From: Pseudogymnoascus verrucosus
Lineage: Eukaryota
DNA: 64,000 nt
Strand: one strand, 5' to 3'
NCBI GenBank assembly: GCA_001662655.1
Contig: KV460210.1
Within the stretch, counting starts at the first letter, position 1, and the number at the start of each line of letters is the position of its first letter. Under the pieces are notes generated by a model. That model searched no databases and was not told the DNA's origin. It saw nothing but the letters and a program-made list of their open reading frames with translations. The translations under genes were made by a program, and so were the position numbers. This document shows positions 23,716-37,200 of this stretch, one piece after another.

Positions 23716-26609
23716 ATGGTGTCTCAAGTTGTCAATCGTCCAACTGACAAGACGATGAAGGAGAAGGACATCAACCAGAAGCTGCAGTTATACGGAATCC
23801 TCACTGGTAAGTCGAGTCTCCTATATTGCTAAGCTCCATCTCCTTGGGAATACCCTCGCTAATCAGGCCACCACAGCTTTCCAGAATGGCAAGGTCCCAT
23901 CGAATGACCAGATTGATGTCGCGCTCAACAGCTTCATGAACAAGGAGTTCATGAGGAATCCGTCCAGGAAGCTCTCTCCGGAAGGACAGGTCTTGGTGCA
24001 GGATTTCCGCAAGGTGGTCGAGCAAGCCAAGAACCTCATCCTCACCAAGAACGATGGCAATCTTCTTCAGGACTTTGTCTGGCAGACACAGAACCTAGAT
24101 GTCAATGCCAAGGCACCCGGTGCGCCAGTCGATAGGGACTCGGCGAAGCAGCACGGCAACGAGGTTGCAGAGGGTCTTCGAACCCTGGGAACGCTAGTCA
24201 TCTCAAACGGACAGTTCCGTAAGCTCTGTAAGTTATAATCCGCGCCAACTTTGGCAATCCATATACTAATTTATTTAAGTGAGCGATGCTACCGTTCTCC
24301 TCCGCGAGATGGCTGGCGACGCAGCTACCAAGACCGCCGGCAAGGTTGCCCCATCCCAAGAGCAGCTCGACCAAATTGACCAGCCTGCTGCGGACAACAC
24401 TTGGCACGAGACCCCCGACTTGTCAGCTAGCAAACTCAAGGGCCAATTTAAGTCCGCGGTTAACAAGAACAAGCCTCTTTCCAAGCAGGATGTTCAGGAG
24501 GCTGCTGGTGACGCTGCGCAGGCTGCACACCCCAGCGGGTCTCGCGATCCGGAAGATGTCGCGAGACTCGCGGCTTACGATCGCCAGCAGGGCGAGTACT
24601 CTGGCGTTGATGCTACTTCGGGAGCTCAGCAGGGCATAGACACGCTGCGCAACCGCGCCTCTGAGAACATCCCTGAGGAGACGAAGGACAGGGCTCGCCA
24701 GACGAAGGAGGTTACCAAGGAGAAGACAAAACAATACCTCCAATCCAAGATGCCCGAGGAGCGCCGCGAGCAGACCATCTGGAGATTGAAGAAGATGATA
24801 GTTGAGATCCAGGGACACCCTGACTACAATTCTGCCATAAACACTCTGCTCACTCTTGCCGAGACCTACGCTGGCCACGCAAGCACCGTCGGCCAGCAGG
24901 CAGCCGGCACCGCCAAGGGCGTCCATTCAAACAACACCCTCCAGAATGCCGAGGCTGATCTCAAGGAGCTCATCGAGCGCTTCGCCAACTACACTTCTAC
25001 GGACGACCTTTTCGACTCCATCAATGCCGTCTACAAGGACGCCGACCGCGATCCCGAGCTCAAGAACTGGTTCAGGAGCATGAACAGGTACATCCGCAAG
25101 TGCCTCCAGCAGCAGGGTTACGTCCTCGAGGACGCCGCCACCCGTGAGTGGAATCAGCTGCACGACCAGGGCAACTTCCTCCTGCGTGACCGCTACAAGA
25201 ACCACACCGACCGCGTGCTCGACGAGATCAAGTTCCTCGCCGACCAGTTCGAGAACGACAAGATGAACAAGCAGTTCGCCCAGTCATGCCAGAAGCTCTT
25301 CACCGACCTAGGCAACGACGAGAACGGCAAGCCGACCTTCAAGCCCCACCTCGTCAAGGACCTGAGCGAGGTCATCATCCCCGAGATCTTCGAGAACGTG
25401 CGGTACGTCCCGATCCCGCGCATCGAGTACTCGGACCCCATGTTCGACGTCGTCATCGAGAACCTGGTGATCGAGAGCGACAACCTGATGCCCAACGCCG
25501 TCGAGTTCGCCAGCGACAACTACTTCCGCTGGGGCCGCAAGGGCATCGCCAACCGCAACAAGAACGCGGTGATGATCTCCGTGACGGGCGTGCAGATGGA
25601 TCTCCGCGACGTCAGCTTCTACGTGAAGAAGAAGTCCGGGTTCCCCTCGCTGTCGGACATCGGTATCGCCGACATCCTGCTCCACGGCTCGGGCTTCAGC
25701 TTCAAGCTCCGCGTCTCGACCGCCGACGCCACGGACCGCCAGAACTTCTTCAAGGTCGACCGCGTCGACGTCGACGTGCAGAACTTCGACATCAAGCTCA
25801 AGAAGTCAAGGCACAAGCTCCTCTTCGGCCTCGTCAAGCCCATCATGCTCAAGGTCATGCGTCCCGCGCTCCAAAAAATCCTCGGGAAACTCATCAAAGA
25901 CAAATTCAACGAGCTCGACCAAATGGCCTTCTCCATCAAGCAAGAAGCCGACAAGGCCGCGCAAGAAGCAAAGAGCGACCCCTCCCAGGCCCAGAACATC
26001 TACCAACGCTACGCCACCGCCGCGCAGAACAAGTTCACCAAGGGCAAGAAGAAGACCGAAGCCGTTGCCGCCGACAAGAAGACCAACCTCGCAATGACAC
26101 AGCATGATTCCATCTTCCCCAACGTCCACCTCCCAGGCGGCATCTCCACCAAGGCGACAGAGTACCGCGACCTCGCCACCAAGGGCGTCAAGTGGGAAAG
26201 CCCAATCTTCAGCATCGGCTCAGCAGGCCGCACCACCTCCCTCCCCGGCCTCGGTAAAGTAAGCCGTCGCCAGCACGAGACCACGCAAGGCGGCCTCCGC
26301 GACCGCGACGAGGTGCTAGGCGCTGGCGCTGTTGGCGCCGGCGTCGGTGGTGTGGGTGGTGCGACGGCGGCGCATTACGTCCAGACTGAGCCGGCGTACG
26401 TGCCTGTCACCCATGTTGCACCTGTGACCACCACTGCTGTACCTGTGACGACGACGGAGGTGCCGTATACGAATGGTAACGGCGCGGCGTTTGGGAAGCA
26501 GGCGGATCAGGCGTTTAATAAGGCGGATGGGATGTACTCGTCGACGGGGACGCTGTTGGGGAGGGGGAACCCGGTGTTGGCGGGGTTGGCGCCGGCGGAT
26601 AAGTTTTAA
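23716..26609 (+). CDS. Conserved fungal DUF4449/DUF5923-type protein (S. pombe SPAC32A11.02c-like; BPI/TULIP-like C-terminal region). Exons 23716-23806, 23877-24227, 24280-26609
   Basis: MVSQVVNRPTDKTMKEKDINQKLQLYGILT|AFQNGKVPSNDQID...LRTLGTLVISNGQFRKL|LSDA...YVPIPRIEYSDPMFDVVIENL...GVQMDLRDVSFYVKKKSGFPSLSDIG. Strong C-ending codon bias. Confidence 0.75.
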
Positions 26610-27649
26610 AAGGGGGGTGTTTGATGGGTGATGGGTGATCTCGCCTGATGTCGTTTTGTTGTCTATGATACCACGCGTGCTAAGGGGTAATGGTGGATGG
26701 TGTATTCTGTATTATTCTTTGTTGTAGGAAAGGTGGTTAGGTTGTATGAATTGTTTTTGTGGTCGATCTATTGACAAAATTGTCGCGCATATAATTTAAA
26801 TATATTGAAAATCAACTCAACTCATTAAATCAAATAATTACTCGGATTTAAACCACATCCATGCCCTGCCTCTGGTGCGATGAATCAAGTGTGCTTTCAT
26901 TATTATTACGTGGAAAATGCCTAGGTTGTTTGTGTATACTTATTCTTATAAGCCGAATCACAGTTTGCGAGAAAAAATACAGGTCTTCAAAAATGAATAT
27001 AAAATTCCCAATATCCATAAGATGTGCCCCAAAATCCCACGCCAAAAACGACCCGCACCCTATTCTAAAACCGAAACCAAACTATCCTCCTCCCTCCATC
27101 AAAAAATGAATTCGATCTATCGCCACGCATACACCCATGCACGCTTCCTTCCTTCCAGACAACCTCCTCTCTCCCTCTTATCATCTCCACCGCCCTTTCC
27201 TGCTCTCCCCTCTTCAAGAAACGCGCACAATTCGGATATCTTATACGATAGATAGGTAGGTAGATGAAGATAAATGGTAGATGGTAGATAGATGATAAGA
27301 TGGTAGATAAATAGATGAATAAATAGCGTATTCGCAGATGATTCGTTTGTGCGTCATATATATATACGTTTTTCTCGTGAAAAGCGTAGAAAGCAGCCGG
27401 CCATTTGCTTGGTTGCGTTGTGTAGATACGTCTGCGTGGTTGCAGACATATATATAATAGTTAGTAGCACATGACCGTGTATGGCAACACGGTCTGTGTG
27501 GGAGGAGGTCCGTAGTTGTGCCGCCCACTGGCTGGATCTCGTGCCGTGGTATTTGTCGTGGTCGCTGGTATTCCCAGCAGCGACCTTGATTTCCTCGCCG
27601 CAACACCCCCCGCGGCACGTCATAGTATCGCAACACCTTCGTTGGCCGA

Positions 27650-30600
27650 TCACAGAAATCCACTCTCAGCAAGCACCCTAACAATCTTCTCATCCTCCCT
27701 CTCCCTCGGCTCAACCTGCAGAGACCTCTCATACATCTCATGCACATCCCCGGCGGCCTGCATATTACTCAAAATATACTCCTGCAGCTCCGGCACGGCC
27801 TGGAGAGGGTAGGGCACGTTCTGGTATTGCTGGATATCTCTGATGACTTCTGCGGTCTTTGCGCGCTTGGCGAAGTTGATGAGGGCGGATTTCTTGATGA
27901 TGGAGGGGATGCCGTCTTCGATGAAGGTTAGGTCTGTTAGGTAGACGCCTGCAGAGATGTTAGTTAGTACATTGGCTATTTATTTTCTAGGGAAGGGGGG
28001 ATAGAAGCTACGCACCGAAAAACGGAATACACGGCGGGTTCGCAAGATGCAGGCTCTCGCGGTACTCGCCAAAGTTCTTGGTACTCCCCATCAGCTTACG
28101 CATCTGCTCGAGCACCGTGATGGTGCGCGCCGGGATCTGATCCCAGGTGCGCTTCAGGCGATGGATGGGTGCTGTGCCCAGGGCGGAGATGATGGATGTT
28201 AGGGTTGAGTAGTTATTTAGTCCGCGGCATTTCTATTTTACCATTAGCAGCCATTCATACAAGAGGGATAGGAGAGAAACAGGGGGAGAGGCGGAGACAA
28301 GCAAAAGGAAGAAACATACATCAGCCACAGAAACAAAATGCTTCACCACCACAACCCTCTTCTTCACATCCTGCTGCGTCAAAATCATCTCCGCCACCCA
28401 ATTCGTCAACTGATTCGAGTGCAAAATCAACAACTTCACATTCGGCGCCGGCTCCGGGTCTCCCTCCCCGACCTTCTTCTGCCAAGTCTTATTCAGACAC
28501 TCGGTGGGCTTGATGCGTCCATACAGCTTTGACTCGATGATTGTCAGCTGTCTAGCGAACTCCGTGACGTCGATGTCGAGGAACTTGAGCTTGCGCATGT
28601 TCTTCGGCATGATTGGCGCGGGTGTGGATTGGTTCATTGTCAACACCAAGCGCTTGGCTGGTGCATCCTGGCCGCGCAGCCGCTGCTCGAGGACAACCAT
28701 GAGAGGCCCGGAACCCATCGTCTCAGTCGTCTTGACGGTGTCGCGAGCGAAGGTGTAGACGTCAGAAATAAGCTGCATAGTCTCCTTACTCTGATCCTCC
28801 ATCCAGAAGTTATCGAACCAACTCTTCAAGATATTAACAACACGGAAGCGGATGGGCTTCTGCTTCCTATCTCTCCAGGTGTCGAAGTCGGCTTGGGCGA
28901 GGCCCTCGGGGGGTTGGATCTGGAATCTCTTGACGAGGTGCTCGAAGAGTTCGCGGGCGGAGGTGAAGGAGCGGTAGGTAAGGAGGAATGTGCCATTGAA
29001 GCTGGAATCCAACTTATCGTGACGAGTCAGCTGTTCCACGAGCGCGAGGAGCGTTCCACCCTTTAGTGCCGGTGGTTGTAGTTTCGTATCATAAAGGAGG
29101 TCTTGCTCGTAATCCAACGCCAGGAAATCAGGCGTCTCGTCCACCTCCCTCGGCCTGACGATTGCAGACGGAGGAGGTGCCGGTTCCTCACCAAAGAACT
29201 TCTTGACCTTGGAGTTATCGCCCATACGGTAGTTGCCCGAAGCTGGGTCGATCGGGTCAGCTGGCGGTGGCTGTGGCGCGATGGGGGGTCCACGGGGTGG
29301 ATTAGGCGTCTGGCGCGACTCGGTACGCTGATGGATCCTATCGTAGCCTCCCTGGCTGTCTACGCGACGCTGGCTCTGCGGCCGCAGATCGTCCTGGAGC
29401 GTCGATTGTACTTGTTCACCTAGGAGCTGGAGCGAGAACCCGATATGCGAAGCGTTCGTCTCGAGCTGGCGCGTGCTGTTGCGCACATAAGTAATTCTAT
29501 CTTCCAGACTCTCCCCGCGGACCTCCGCCCACTCGTCTCCAAGGGGCCCAGCGACGGCTTGGCACCCGAGGACGAGGTCGGAGATGTTGTCGTAGAGATT
29601 TTGCTTGTATGTGGTGAAATCCAGTAATTGCGGGTTCTGGAACCCGGTTCCGAGGGAGGAGAGGTTGATGGATTCGATGGTTGAGACGAAGGGCCTGAAC
29701 ATCTCGAGGACTTTGCCGGCGGCGGCGCAGATGGCGTTGCCGATGAGTTCGTGTCTGTAGGGCGTGATGATCTTCTCTGTGACGACGAGGTGCTCCTCGA
29801 GCTTGCGGATGCTGGAGATAAGCCCGCGCTTCAGGTCGTCCATCCGCTCCAGGAGTTTGGCATCGAGGGTAGCTGTTGGCTCCAGGGCGGCTTCATCCTC
29901 GTCCAGGAAGTTCGATGTCATTGGATCCCGCGAGCCCAGACCGTTATTCTGCCAACTCCCTCCTGCCGCGCTACCGATGACAAAACCGGGGAATAGCCTT
30001 GGGATATCCTCTCCGCGTTGCTGCCTCGCCACCTCCACGTAGCTGAAGACACCCTGTAAAACACCATCTGCTTCTTGCAGACACTTCTGATACGACTCCG
30101 GTGTTGGGTAGTCCGCAGCAGCGATATGGGAAGAGATAACAAGCTTTGAGAATTTCGACATCATATCCCTGAAATGGGGGTATAAGGCCTTATTTGTAGA
30201 TATAATAGAAGGCTGGCCAGAATGGTTATCCGTTGTGCCAGACCCCGCAGCCAGGAGAAGTCGCAGGTGATCCGAGATATCCTCTGCCCTGCGGACGTAC
30301 TCTGATCGTTGTCCATTATTAATAGCTTCCTTGTACTGGTTGACAGCAAGCTTCATGTTGACAACGAGCCTGTTCCATGTCAAAGGAGCTGCCACGCCGT
30401 CATCGAAGAAGGATCGAGGCACATTCGCTGCCTGTACTGGGCCGCCCGTCGGGCTCGTGAAAGAGGTTGTCGATGCGCCAGCCACTGGCAGCACACTCGA
30501 CGAAGAGTTCCCAAACATATTCGAGGTATAAAACTGATCACTCCGTTGCTGTGCGTTCGGTAATGCGCCGTTAATCGATTCCATAGACATCGCCGGTGAT

Positions 30601-31612
30601 ATCCCCTCCGAGCCATAAGACCTCCGCTTTCGGGGCTAAAAATTGCAAAAGTTAGCATCTTAAAAAATAATACATATCCGTAAAATGGGAGTAGCATGTC
30701 TGCACATACCAAAGACCCCGTAGAAGTCCTCATAATCGACTCCCCATCCAACTCCGACGCCGAGTTCCCCTCCGACTCATACTCCTCCTCCTCCATAAAC
30801 GCGCCCTGCGCCATCATCTCCTGCGGCGGCCTCGTCCTCTCCGGGAGCGCGACATTCATGCGATCGCGCGGCCCATTCTCCGTCGCCGACGAGGGACTCT
30901 CCAGCGGCAACTCCATGCTGCTCTCCCCCGTCATCGTATTGTAGTAGAACAGCCTTCCATCCGGCGTCGCCTGGGGAATCCAAAAGTCCGCTCGCGCCTT
31001 GCTATTATGGTTGTTATTATTATCCCCACCGCTGCTCGCGAAGCCCTCAATAGGCAGCTGCTGCGCGGTGTGATCGCGGTCAGCCTCGCCGCCGTCGTCG
31101 AGCGGTCCGTACTGATCATCGTACATCTCGTCGCCATCGAGGTCATCGTCCTCTCCATCATCGTGGTGGCGGTCCTCGAGCACGTCTTCGGGATTCGAAA
31201 GCACCTGGCAGTAGTTACTGGGGAACCAGCCACGCACCCCATTAATAACCCCATCCCACCACCCGCTCTCGAGCTGCGTGATGACCTGAATGACATCGCC
31301 CTCGTGAAAACTCAGGCTCGTCCGGTCATCCGCCTCATAGTCGTACAGCGCCCGCACATACATGACGGACTGTTGCTGCTGTTGTTGTTGTTGTTGGGGA
31401 GCGGCGTTGGCCGCGGCGCCGGAGTATGCGTGGTGTGTGGGCGAGTTGCGGCGGTACGCAGACTGGTGTGCTGCTTGTGACCCCGCGAAGTTGGCGTGGT
31501 GGCCCGAGGAGGAGGGAAATGCGACGGCTCTGCCAGTCGTGTGGGAAGCGTCGTCGGCGGCGTGTCGTTGGCTCGAGAATGGTGCTGGCTGTGGCGTCTG
31601 CGTCATGAGCAT
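27650..31612 (-). CDS. CDC25: Ras guanine-nucleotide exchange factor (SH3, WW-like, REM and CDC25 domains). Exons 31612-30710, 30635-28320, 28232-28016, 27948-27650
   Basis: SH3 (YVRALYDYEADDRTSLSFHEGDVIQV...GWWDG...GWFPSNY), WW-like (WIPQATPDGRLFYYNTMTGES), REM (GGTLLALVEQLT...FLLTYRSF), GEF (EFARQLT...SNQLTNWV...LNNYS...PPCIPFFG|VYLTDL...INFAKR). C-terminus EDEKIVRVLAESGFL*. The start codon is uncertain. Confidence 0.92.
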
Positions 31613-32676
31613 CGTGCTGATGCCGGTGTTGAGTTGAGGGGTTTGGCGGAGGGGGGCGGGAGCGAGCGTGGGGATTGAATGTGTGCAATCTCGCGGGAGG
31701 CGGATGTTTCGTGCGCGCACGCTCGTCGCAGCAGCAGAGCCAGTGCGGTGCGGAGCGGCGGGAGCAGCGCTGGGCTGGGCGGGCGGGGAGGTTTTGCGAA
31801 GTTTCGAGTCAGGGTACGAGGATGTTCAGTTCAAAGGGGTCCAGTTGCGAGGTTTTTGTTCGCGGGGAGAGCGGTCGATTGAGATGGAGGGAGTGCGATA
31901 CGGAAATGTGACTGGTCCGTCTGGAGGCTCGGGCGGGTAGACGTTGTGCGGGCGATTCGCGCTGATTCGATGGCGGTCGCCTTCAAGGACTCTAGGACAT
32001 CGGGGAATGGAGCGTCGCCGACCGTCGAGAGAGCTCACAACGGTACCTAATTGGGAGCGGGGGGCAAAGACGGAAGGGTTATTGGTTTTGTTCGGCGGGC
32101 GGTTGTTTGTTGGGGGGATATGTTATGTTGTCGCCGGGGATGGAGGGGGGTTTTTCTGGTGGCCTAAGATTATGGGGAAAAAGAGGAGCAGTTGGTTGAG
32201 GGAAAAGGGAGGTTCGTGAATCGCTGATTTGCGCCGAAATGGTGGAGAGGCTGGAGGGATATGGTGGAGTGCGACAAGTCCCCCAGCACACCGGGACGGC
32301 TCGAATAGCAAGACAGGCAGGAGGAAAAACACAAGCCAACCCGCTGTTGCCTTCAACCAGTTCTTTCTTTCAGATGCTATTTTTTTTCTCACTTAATAGT
32401 TGACCGGTAAACAAATAATAGTATTTTGGAAAATAGCAACCGAGGCAATAAAAAAGAGGCACGATATATCACAATGCGTAGATAAATAAATAATGCGATA
32501 AATGCGATATTGGTGGTGGTGGTGTGGTGAATGGAGGGGACCGAGGGACCGGCGGGCGGGTGGCGGCGAGGGTGAGGGGAAGACGGGGGCAGTGTAAGGG
32601 TCGAGCGTAGATACTGCAATCGATAATTGATAATTAATGCCTTCACAGATCTCCTCAATTCACTTGGTCTCGATCT

Positions 32677-32743
32677 TGGTCTCAGTCTCAGTCTCGGTCT
32701 GGGTCTCGGTCTGGGTCTCGGTCTGGGTCTCGGTCTCGGTCTC
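32677..32743. repeat. Degenerate hexamer repeat (GGTCTC/GGTCTG/AGTCTC)n
   Basis: Read directly: ggtctcagtctcagtctcggtctgggtctcggtctgggtctcggtctgggtctcggtctcggtctc. Confidence 0.9.
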
Positions 32744-34864
32744 AAGTCTCAGTCTTTATTGATTAGGGGAGAGGGGGAAAATGATTATATTTCGCATCAA
32801 ATAGCCCGTGATTTGCCTATACATAGATAGATAGACAGGCACCGAAAATACCGATATTCCTATCCGTCTTTTCTTCCTTTTTCCCTTCTGCCACGCGAGG
32901 TGACATTGTTGCAAGGGGCCCTGGGACGGATAAAGGTGAGGTGCGGCAGTATACTGGCTCTACGGTACGGGTACGCTGTTACTCGGATCGGTTTGACTGG
33001 GACGGACGGGGTTCTTGCCGGCTATCGTGAGACTTCCAACACTGCTCGGACATGAATGAATAATTGAAGCAGATGGCTGAAGTGTATGGTTTGAGAAGAT
33101 GAGCGGATGGATGGGAGGGAGGGAGGGAGGGTGAATAGAATGCGTGATATGGGTAGAAGGGAGAAGGGAGAGCCAGAGTGATGGGTAAGTACAGTATATA
33201 GCCATACAGTGCGCATATATACCACTATGTCTCTCACAATATTCGACACGTCTCTCTCGCCATGGAACATATTCCTTTTACCATGCTTCTGTCTTTTGCC
33301 TGTCTTTGTAGAGTCGTCTCGTGTCAGCCATCCGACGACAAGTGAGCGAGACACCCTCATCATATATCATGGCACACTGCAACTCCCAAGTACGTGCCGC
33401 TCAACCATCGTCGCGGTATCAAGAAAGAAAGATGTCGGACATATAAGCACATCACCACATGCGCAGCACATGCGAACCTCGATGATCCCCCCTCCTCCCC
33501 CTCCTCCCCCCTCTCATAAAAAAACCCGTGGCTTAATCTGGAAGGCACAACAGAAAACAAACAAATATGTCGGGATCCTGGAGTGATATGTAACGGGTCA
33601 GATATTGGGAACAGATAATTATACATGCATGGTATTATATGGTAGTTAAATAGGCGTGCTGTGATTGGGGGAACACTGGGAAATTGACCAAAATAAAACG
33701 TTTGGACCAGCAGCAGTGAGCAGCAACGCCCAAAGCGCAGCGCAGACCAGACCGCCACCACCGCTGTCAGCAAAGCCACTCCCACTCCCACTCCCTTGCT
33801 GCCCGGCCTTTGGTGGAGGGGCAACACCAGCCCCCTTTTTTTTACGCGTTTCCACAACACACTGTAACTTTGCTTGCTTTTTTCAAAATCTACCCAACGT
33901 GCTGTGCCTGTATCAGACAGTGGCTCGCCTCCCTCTACTCGACTCCATGATATGCCACAAGCCACAAACTAAACCCCATCATGCAGGCCACTAAGGCACG
34001 GCGATGTAGGTACGTGTATATCGCCCGGGCGCATTTCGTCACACCGTTTCTTTTGGCTGCTGCCCCCCGAGCAAAGCCCAGCTGAACACCGCTGTAGCGT
34101 GCAGGTACAGCGGTTTGTTGGTGCTTGCTTGGATGAGCGTTGTGTTGATGGGCGAGAACGAGGGATGGTGGTGGGTGGAGGTACACCGGTCGGTACATGG
34201 CCGGGGCCTGGCATGAGGGAAGGAATGAACAGCAAACGAACGGAGGCACGGAGGCACGGAATACGGCGGGGAGGGGGAGGGGCCAGAGCCAAATCTGTCC
34301 CACCTAGAAGTGAGACAGCAACAAGACTCTCTCCCACTCGGAGTCCCATCCCACTCCCGAATTTCGGGCGGGACGGGACAAGGGAGCGGAGAGAGAAAAA
34401 AAAAAAAGACAGAAAATACTGAGAAAATACTGGGGGGAGAAAGTGGAATAATAGCTGCTGTGCTGGGAATAATGAAATATTAATTGGGAGTTTTTATGGG
34501 AATTATGGGAATAATAATGAAATAATAACGGGGGGGTAGGGGGGTTGTTATGCTATGTTGTGTTGATGCTAGGGAGAGGGGGTGGAGCAGAAGAGCGAGG
34601 CGAGGGGGAAACCGATCCCCCGCCCGCGCGATGTGGTGCTGGCTGGCTTGGTGGGCTTGGTGGTTGCTGGCACCGTCGTGCTGGGTTTTTGGGAGTGGAT
34701 GGGAGTGGGGTCGGTCGGTCGGATAGTGGGAAAGGGAAGTACTGGCGTGCATAGAGTGACATGTGGTTTACTAGAATAGTGTCTGGGAGATGGATAGATG
34801 CATGTATGGAGAGTGCGCATCTCGAGAGTGCTTTTGGGAAGTACCCAGACGGTAGTGCGGGCAG

Positions 34865-34920
34865 TGGGGAGGGGAGGGGGGAGGTGGGAGGGGAGGGGGG
34901 AGGTGGGAGGGGAGGGGGGT
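34865..34920 (+). repeat. Three ~19-nt G-rich tandem units (tgggaggggaggggggagg), putative G-quadruplex
   Basis: Nine G-tracts of 3-6 G separated by 1-4 nt linkers. Confidence 0.8.
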
Positions 34921-37089
34921 GAGCAAGATGAAAAACACATGGGATGGGATGGGCGGCGGGGACGGATGAGACCCATTTCCCATTTCCCAATCCCATTGCC
35001 ATCATTTCACACCCCTCCAAGTACTTATAATTACTCCCACCTTTCTCGTACCCCCGCTCCCTCTTCGCGACCGTAACGATGTTAAGTGATGTGAGACACC
35101 CAGATGCCCGTAGTGGGCTGGCTGACCTGAGGGGGGAATAAATGCGCCGAAGAGGATACCGTAGCGTGCCGGAGAGGGGAGGGGCGGAGGGGGTTATAGT
35201 GCTGTGGCACAGTGCTGGGCGGCGGACGGTACGGCGGTTGTGGTCAGACACCAGAACAAACCCCACCCTGCTCGCCCTACTTGACTCTGTGCGTGCATGT
35301 TATAGTGAGTTGTGAGTGAGAGTGGGAGTGTGTGTGTACTGTACTTGGGTACGGGATGATGAGGATTGAGGGGAGGATTAAGATGACTGAGCTGGATGTA
35401 TGTATGCACTGTGCTCGTACACCAACGGCAGCAGACGCGACGAGGACACCTTTCCTTAAGACGCGTGTGCTTGTGTATGCGTGTAAGCAGTGCGATGGGA
35501 GAGAGGGATGCACGATTACCGTTGGGTATAGTGGGATAGTTACAAACAGAACAGAGAGACACAAACAAATGACGGAGAGACATGGTGTTGTAATAGTATT
35601 TAGTAGTAGTAGATTAGTACTAATAGCAATAGTAGAGACAGACGGAGTAAGCAATCAGTCACGGGGATCACGGACATCACGGGCGTCACATTCCCTTTCC
35701 CGAAAGTTACCCGTACTCTAGTGGTAGTAGTAGGATAGCTAGATTTCACTATGCTGGTGGGATATGATGGATGATGGGTGATGGATGATGGATGGAGAGA
35801 GATGAGGGTCATCCGGGCACACCGTAATCCCCGGTCGCTCAGTCAGTAGTAGTCTGTGGCATCGTATGATATGCTTCGTATGTTAATGTTAGAGAAACAG
35901 TACAAGCTCACCTTCACAAATACCACACACCCAGCAAGTACCCTGCCCACTACACGGTACTCTCTCTACGGTAAGCTACTTGCTTCTTGCTTGCCTGCTC
36001 ACGCTGCTTGCCTTCCCTTGCCTTGCCCTCAAATTGCGGGTCTTCCATTTCGGCTTCCCCCTTCCCCCTCCCCCTCCCCTCCCACCACCACCTCCCCACT
36101 TTCCCAGTCCAGATGTGCAGATGCACTAAAATACATCTTGCCCTGTCCGCCCCACCCTTCGCCCACCTCTCCTAAGGGGGGATAGTGTGGTTAGCTGGTC
36201 TTCCCTTCCCCCTCCACTCTCCACTCTGCCTCACTTTTTCCCTCTCTTTTGCTCACGTTACTCTTGCTATTTTGACTATTTTGACTATTTTGACTACTAC
36301 GGTAGACCATATACTCGCGTATGGTTAACAAAGTACTCTTTCTACCCCCCCCCCCTTACCCCCCTACCCCTCCCTTGTATCCGCCCCTCTTTCTTTCCTG
36401 CTTCCTTACTACTACTAGAGTGCATCGTCGACTACTACTAACTACTACTACCCGGCCACACGGTACTACGGATCCCCCGGCCATACCGCCAGCAGGGAGA
36501 GAGGAGATGCAGAGATGCAGAGATGCAGAGATGCACGCTTTGCAAGGTACATACATACATGCATACGGGATTGTACGGTATTTGTATATTTGTACTTCAC
36601 CGCTGGGTACTTGGGATGGAGTAGTAGTGGGAGTAGGGAGTAGAGGGGGAACAAGTAGTAGAGGGGGTAGAAGTAGTGGAGGGGGGAGAGTAGAGGGGAG
36701 AGCAGAGAGGGGGGTTACAGAGAGTACTACGGAGAAAAGTACCACCACTACCACCAGCCATCGCATCGCATCCCATCTCCATCTCCATCTCGCATCCCTG
36801 ACAACATCCTCCCCGTCGCCGTGTGATACTGATACTACTACTATTACCGACTACTAGTGAATTATGTACTCTATTATAGCGGGTGAATCCATCCCCCTCC
36901 ACTCTCCCTCCTCCTCCCCTCCCTCCTCCACTCATTTTCTCGCCCTGTTGTAATGTGTGTATTTCTGTATTTGCGTGAATGAGGGAGGTACTCGTCTGTT
37001 CTACTATATATACTGTGCTCTACTAGTCTGCTGCTCTGCTACTGTGCTCTCCTACTCTAGTACTATACTCTCCCACTCTCCTACTCACT

Positions 37090-37200
37090 CTCTCTACTCT
37101 CTACTACTAAACTCTACTCTACTCTACTCTACTCTACTCTACTCTACTCTTCTCCTCTACTACTCTACTCTACTCCTCGGCTACTCTACTCTACTCTATA
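37090..37200 (+). repeat. (CTACT)n microsatellite. Other nearby SSRs: (TATTTTGAC)3 ~36268-36294, (AGATGCAG)n ~36503-36535, (TGTGT)n ~37312-37335
   Basis: Read directly: actctactactctactctactactctactctactctactct... Confidence 0.85.

Noticed and set aside
25286..26107. 273-aa Arg-rich alternate-frame ORF
   Set aside because: A by-product of extreme C-ending codon bias in the real frame.
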